64,000 nt of DNA, taken from Strigamia acuminata. Lineage: Eukaryota. The translations under genes and the position numbers were made by a program. The DNA lies in assembly GCA_949358305.1 (NCBI GenBank), contig OX442314.1, forward strand, positions 29,388,001 to 29,452,000, read 5' to 3'. Numbering within the stretch: position 1 is the stretch's first letter; the number at the start of each line of letters is the position of its first letter. The notes below the pieces were generated by a model that did no database searches, was not told the origin of the DNA, and worked only from the letters and a program-made list of their open reading frames with translations. Shown one piece after another: positions 58,477-64,000 of the stretch.

Positions 58477-59514
58477 AGTGATGACTTCAATTCTTTTCAA
58501 ATTCTATGGAATCTCTAACACAATTTGACATGATTGAATCTTTACATTATTTTGATCATTGTATTATTTTCGCACACAGATGGCGGGTCAAGGTTGGGGG
58601 CGGGGGTGTCATGTGAACCATGGCCGCCACCTTGAGTGATGGGCGAACTAAAAAAATATTGGTTAAACATAAAACCAAAAAACGGCTTTTCCGCGAAAAG
58701 AAAAATTATTCTAGGCGCCAAGCATTCGTTTTTGGCAAATTTTTTTTATTTTATTGACACCATCAAAGAGTGGCAATAATCTTCCTGGTTTCTCTATTAT
58801 TATTATTTCAATGGATGTGGATTGTAAATGGAAATTATAACGCTCGATTATAATTATCTCGTTTATTTTGCGTAGAACGTCTCTTCACCACTCCACTTTT
58901 TGCATTCATTTACTGTAGGAAAAGGCCCCAAAACAAAAATTCGCATTTTTAGATTTAAAAATTAAGTCGGTTAGGAAATACTTGCCTGGAGTTGTAGATT
59001 CAATGCTGACACGAGAATGGCTTGTGGAAATCCAATGCTTGAGCAGAGCATTTATATACACAAATTTTTCATAGAAATTTTTGTATTACGTACCCATTCG
59101 ACTGATAAAAATAATTGACATCTGGTTTCAGAAAGAACGACCTTTTGTGTTTTACGATTTTGCTGAATCGACGGCTGTCGTAAAACGTAAAACGTTCTTT
59201 GTTAAACCAAAAGTTTATTCGCATAATTTTTACAGTGCAACCTGTGTTGGCTTCCGCATACGTAACACGACCTTGATCATTCTCAAAATAGTCTTGTATG
59301 ACAATTCACCTCTTAAGTTACTGTACATCGAGAGTAATCGGCCATATTGACGATCTCAGATTTGTCAGCGAACTTCAAACCTTTTCTTGTCTGTGATAAC
59401 ATCGTCCATGATTGGTACAAGTGGAATTGTAAGCTTGTACTTCTGCTCAACTTTAAATTTTAAAACTTTTAATTTAATTTTAAAACTTGTTGAAGAAGTG
59501 TGTCGCGTCCTACT

Positions 59515-60184
59515 TGGTATAGGTTTAAATAGCGCTAACGTGTAATACTTTACCTGTGATCAATTATGCAAATACCCAAATGAATACCAAATGTATGTAA
59601 ATAAACAGGTAATTTATTCACCAGGCTTTATGCCTTTAAAATACACTCAGTAATAATTCTAGAGTCGACGTGGTCAGCGTCGAACAAAGGATTTCTCAAG
59701 ATGGCGTCGTCGATTCCGCGTGGTCGGCGGAACAAAGGCGGTGTCTCGAGTTGTCGTTAATTCGTCACGGATTCGTCTTCACGGACGCGGTGGAATGCTC
59801 TTTCGAGTCTTCTATCCGTGCCTGTTGTCTAGGGTTTGGTTTAGCGTCGCAGAGGCCTCGTCTAGGAACTTTGGGGTTCCCTACAAAGCGCTCGGACACT
59901 TACTTCGGCGAATAATCGTCTGGGCGATTATTCTGGGTGATTTCACAAGGGCTATTCTCGTGCTTTCGCAGGAATAGCTCGCAAGTGACTTCGTGAGAGT
60001 TACAGTTTGCACTTTACTCAGCGATCCTCGATCAATCCTAACTTGTAGTTGAAGTTGGCCTGACGGTGAGGTAGTTGCTGTGTTCTTGGTGTCGTTTGTG
60101 TAAGTTCTGACTTTAGGCGGGAAATACAGCCTTTTATGCAGTGGGGTGAAGGGCCGGCGATCAACCAATGGGGGCTGACCACCA
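59515..60184 (-). repeat. Probable 3' LTR of a further LTR retrotransposon extending beyond the window
   Basis: TGGT...ACCA termini, AATAAA on the - strand near 59615, preceded on the - strand by purine-rich AGGGGGAGGAAG (~60189..60200). No second LTR is visible, so the boundaries are inferred. Confidence 0.5.
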
Positions 60185-60367
60185 GCCGCTTCCTCCCCCT
60201 CGGGGCACACACCTGCCATGGGGAGGTGGAGCCAACTCGGGGGGGAACGACTCTTCAATCATAGTGACTCAGAGGACAAGTATCCGCCCTGGGGGGACAC
60301 TTATCCAACTGGGTCACCACACGTCCCTCCTCCAGCTTCGATCTCGGATCGGAGCGATCTCAAATTT

Positions 60368-63300
60368 TTATCGCTCCCCTCTGCGAAGCGCCGGCAATAC
60401 ACCCCTGCATGGGCGGAGGATAACTGGTGGCACTGCCGGTGGCGGCGGTGGTAAATCCGGGGGTAGAGAGGTCGTCAGATCCGCAGGATTTTGTCGCTCG
60501 TTCATGAAGTACTGCGGGTGACCGCCGACTGGCTCGCCAATCAACCCCGTACGCTCATGGATCCAAATCCGGGTGGACGCGGGGAATCGATCGGGAACGA
60601 GTCGGATCCTTCGCGACTCGGCGCTCGACCCGGGTTTCCGGTGGGCCCGCAGGATTCGACGATGGAAGACGGCATCCATGGTAGATCGGGCCTCTCTGTT
60701 CAGCCATTTGAGGATCGACTCGCCGTGATCATCGGAGTCAATGATGCGTTGTCGCGTGAACTCCGACATCTGAAGGAAGGGGTATTCCACTCCCAACCTC
60801 AAGTAAAGCTGCGCTGCTGGGGGCGGCGGAGGCGATGGTGGAAGCGGAATCTCCATTGGGCTCTCCAACGGCGGCGCAGCCGGCTCTGGTGAAAGAGCGG
60901 CCAGCTCTGCCGCTGGTGGTGAAGGAGAGGGCAGCGGAGGAGTTCGCGGTCCTCGGTTGGAGCGCTTCGGAATCAATTTGGGTCGATTCGCGTACCGCCT
61001 CTCCTTCGGGAATACCGGCTTTGGGGTCGGTATATATGGTTGGACCGCCGCCTCTGGGGGGGCGGTCTGGATGGCCTGTGGGAGGCTCGCTGTCGTTCCC
61101 GGTGTCTCCGGAGCCTCCCGAATTGTTCGCAACAAGGAAGGGTGGACCCCGGGGTTCCGGTAGCGGAATGCCAACGAACGCATCTTCGAAAACTGCAGGC
61201 CGGGGTTCTCCGTATTCCGGGCCAGGTCGAAGCGTAGCGAGGCGGGCTCAGGAGTCCATCCGGCCCATACCTGGTACAACGCCCGAGGAAGGTGAACTCC
61301 CTCACGGTCGACGATTGTCCAGGCCGCCATAGCTTGCCGACTGTCCAAGAAGACGCCCAGGGACAACAGCTGGGCCATGACGTTCGTCACGGCCAAATTC
61401 AAACTGCTCCGATGGCAGGGGTGAGCGCGGTCCGGATTGTCACTGAATTATTGTGACAGCGTCCGCATCTGTTCGATCGCCCAATTGATGTGCTGAGTTT
61501 GGGCGGCGTCGGCCTGTCGTATGGCCAACTCGGCAATCGCGGGGTTCTCGTATTCGGCCAGGTATTCCTGTAGCTCGCCGAGTGGAGGATAGGCCGCTTC
61601 ACGCCGGCATCGAGCGTCCATCTCTCGCTGTGCGTACCATTCGGCGTTGCGATAAGGTCGACGCACTCGTGGCGTTGGGGGTGACGGTGGACGGCCCAAC
61701 CCAGGTAGATTATCGTATCTGACCCGTTTCGGAGCTGGATCTCCCACCGGAATCATCCGGGGAGGAGTCCACGCCGTTACGGCCGAATTCGTGCCCTCAA
61801 GAAGTGGCGGCCATCGCGCCTGTACCTGTGGGGGCACGAGCGCTGTCGGCACAATCGGGGTTGATCCCGACGGCCGGTTGGCCGCGTATCCTCGAAAGGC
61901 GTTCTTTAGAGCTTTGGCCAAATCCTGTTTTGTAACCGGCCCATCTTTGTCCGAGTCATCTGGGGACATTTGTTCTTCCGTCAACTCGCCCAAATCGATC
62001 TCCGCTTGGAGCCTGGACGGCCCAGCCGTGGGTCCGAGACTTCGGGGTTCGGACCTTTTTACGGCGGCCATCTCTCGCTCTTTCTCCAATCCTTTAGCGA
62101 TCAGAGACTGTGCACGCATCTTCTGTCGTATTTTACGCTTCCGATTCCTCCTGGTGCTGGCTGCGACGGATCTTCGTTGGACCGTCCTCTGGGGGACGTC
62201 CGTCGGAGAATCCGGTTTCTGGTGTGATGAGACGGTTCGTCGCGACGAGGATTGATCTGACGACTGTGTGGTAATCGCCATAAACAACGAGGATCTTTTC
62301 TTTCCTCGATCTTGGTGAGTCTCGGTCCTCGCAGCCCAGTGGGCGGAAGTTTCGACTGTTCGCTCAGCCCGCGCGTCGTCTGGCGAGGCAGGCTCGAGCG
62401 TTACTACTCGGCGACACTCCGAGCGCACGACAACTCGAGTTCGGGAACTGGAGCTGCTCGAGCGGCTGCGGTAGTCGCGACTCGTTGACGGGCCGGCCTC
62501 TATTGGGGAGACGGCCTGTCTTCTTCGTGCGGGTCCGCGCGGGGCGGACTCCGCCGGACGCTTCGATCTTCTGTGATGGCGGCGACTTCCCAGGATACCA
62601 GCGTGGTATAACTGCCACATCTCAGACTGCGTGGCCGTAAAATTCGCCGGAGGTATCCATCTGGGCGTCAAATGGTCTTCTTCGATGTCGCGAAGCCATC
62701 TACGGATTTCTTCGGGGGAGAAACCGTTTCTCTCGAGAACTCGGGTTACTCCGTGAGTCTCGGTGCGCTTTAAGCGTTCGATCTCGTCGTCCACTATTCT
62801 CTGACGGGCTGCCAAGGTCGGGGCCTTGCGCCACCTGTGGGAGGTGTGCAGCTCGGCCACCGTGCCTGGGTAAGCCTCTTCCAGATACTCGGAGTAAACG
62901 GGGCTCGGCGGATCTGCATCGGGTGGGATCCGCGGCCCCACTCGCTCCCTCATCTCCTTCGTCATGCACTCGACCAGCGTTTTCGATCGCTCGAATTTTT
63001 CCTCGAGGGTCCTGGAATACATCAATCGGATTTTCCAGGCGCTGGTCTCCGCAGGATAGGCCTGCCGCAGGTAAATCGGCAGGGCTCCGCGAAAGATGTT
63101 GTTGGCGGTTGACACCGTCGAAGGCAGGGCGTCCCACGATTCTAGCGGGTCGACCTGAATAATTTTAGATCACAAGATTAATATAATAAATCCCAGTTAA
63201 CGATGGGGATCAGAAATATGCTCAAGATCGACGGTGGCAGCAACTCCTTTCTTTTGTTGCGGCCGTCGGTCTTATTTTCTTGTTTCGCAGTTCTGCGATG

Positions 63301-63830
63301 ATCTCCGCCGTCGTAGCGCTGATCCAACACTACTTTTGAACTCAGGTGATCCGCTTTTAGGAAGGGGTCGCAGGCAAAACCGATCGTTAAATTCTTAATT
63401 TTACGTTAAACTTTTTTATTTTAACTCTAATCGTATTTTAATTTATTACGATGTTTAAATTTAAAAGAAAGAAAACCTTTAGTTTTGGTTTTGGTTTGCC
63501 ACGACGCCATTCCGCGAACACTTCCTTTGTTCTAGTTTTTTGGCGGCCTTGACTCCGAGGTGAATCTGGGTCCACTCTCGGGTTTTTAGCCAGCCTTAAA
63601 TTAATAATAAAACAGAAAGAAATATATCAGTCACAAGTCACGCTCCAATCTGGGTTGGATGCAACAGATTCAAAGAATTATGTGATTTCTCTGGGGAAAT
63701 CACACTAATTTACCTGCAACGGCGGTTGTTCGTCCCAATTCTCATCTTCTTCAGCGTTTACGATTAGGCCGTCGCTCTCGTCTCTCGGCGATGCGCTCGG
63801 CTCTAATCGTGGGTTGCGTCGATCGGCCAT
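60368..63830 (-). CDS. Large Pro/Arg/Ser-rich ORF of unknown function (probable retroelement accessory gene), with one in-frame TAA and a likely 5' intron
   Basis: ORFs 61448..63115 and 60368..61402 share a frame with only the TAA at 61448..61450 between them. ATG exon 63830..63714 (GTAAAT donor) joins an acceptor at 63155 in phase 0. The segment is GC-rich, unlike host DNA. Confidence 0.6.
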
Positions 63831-64000
63831 TTCAATTTAGGAAAATAAAGTTTTGTTTGAGAGGTCTTTGTTTTCTCTTTGGGGGAGAAGCAAAAACACG
63901 TCTCGTCGTGTTAAAAACAGTCGGAAACTGGGCCTATCGACGCTGAGAATTGTGGGTCTCGAACGCGTCTCGTATTTTGCGAGATCCGCCGTGCTGGCAA

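Noticed and set aside
59080..59460. Possible minus-strand exon(s) next to the putative LTR
   Set aside because: The open stretch has no start, family motif or resolvable splice partner; insufficient support.

Overview
Eukaryotic invertebrate genomic DNA (AT-rich, many 50-70 nt GT-AG introns; the corazonin-type receptor suggests a protostome, probably an arthropod). Host genes: the first coding exon of a corazonin-receptor-like GPCR (- strand), two intronless SRPK-like kinases (one split by a MITE), three tandem highly divergent SLC6-like transporter genes, two small multi-exon secreted-protein genes, and three tandem genes encoding an N-terminal Q-x-G-x-x-N...G-N amyloid/RHIM-like motif followed by four ubiquitin-like domains. 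Mobile DNA: a young intact BEL/Pao element nested in an older BEL/Pao copy, an intact DD34E Tc3-like transposon with IR/DR ends, several MITEs and solo-LTR-like pieces, a young 14.45 kb Ty3/gypsy element, and the probable 3' end of another LTR element. The gypsy element has a clear -1 frameshift signal, a ~480-aa disordered insert in Pol packed with SxIP (EB1-type) motifs plus an AT-hook, and a large non-env third ORF with a DnaJ-type zinc motif. The strongest novelty candidates are the amyloid-motif tetra-UBL cluster and the gypsy Pol insert/ORF3. All family calls are by eye from motifs; no database search was run.
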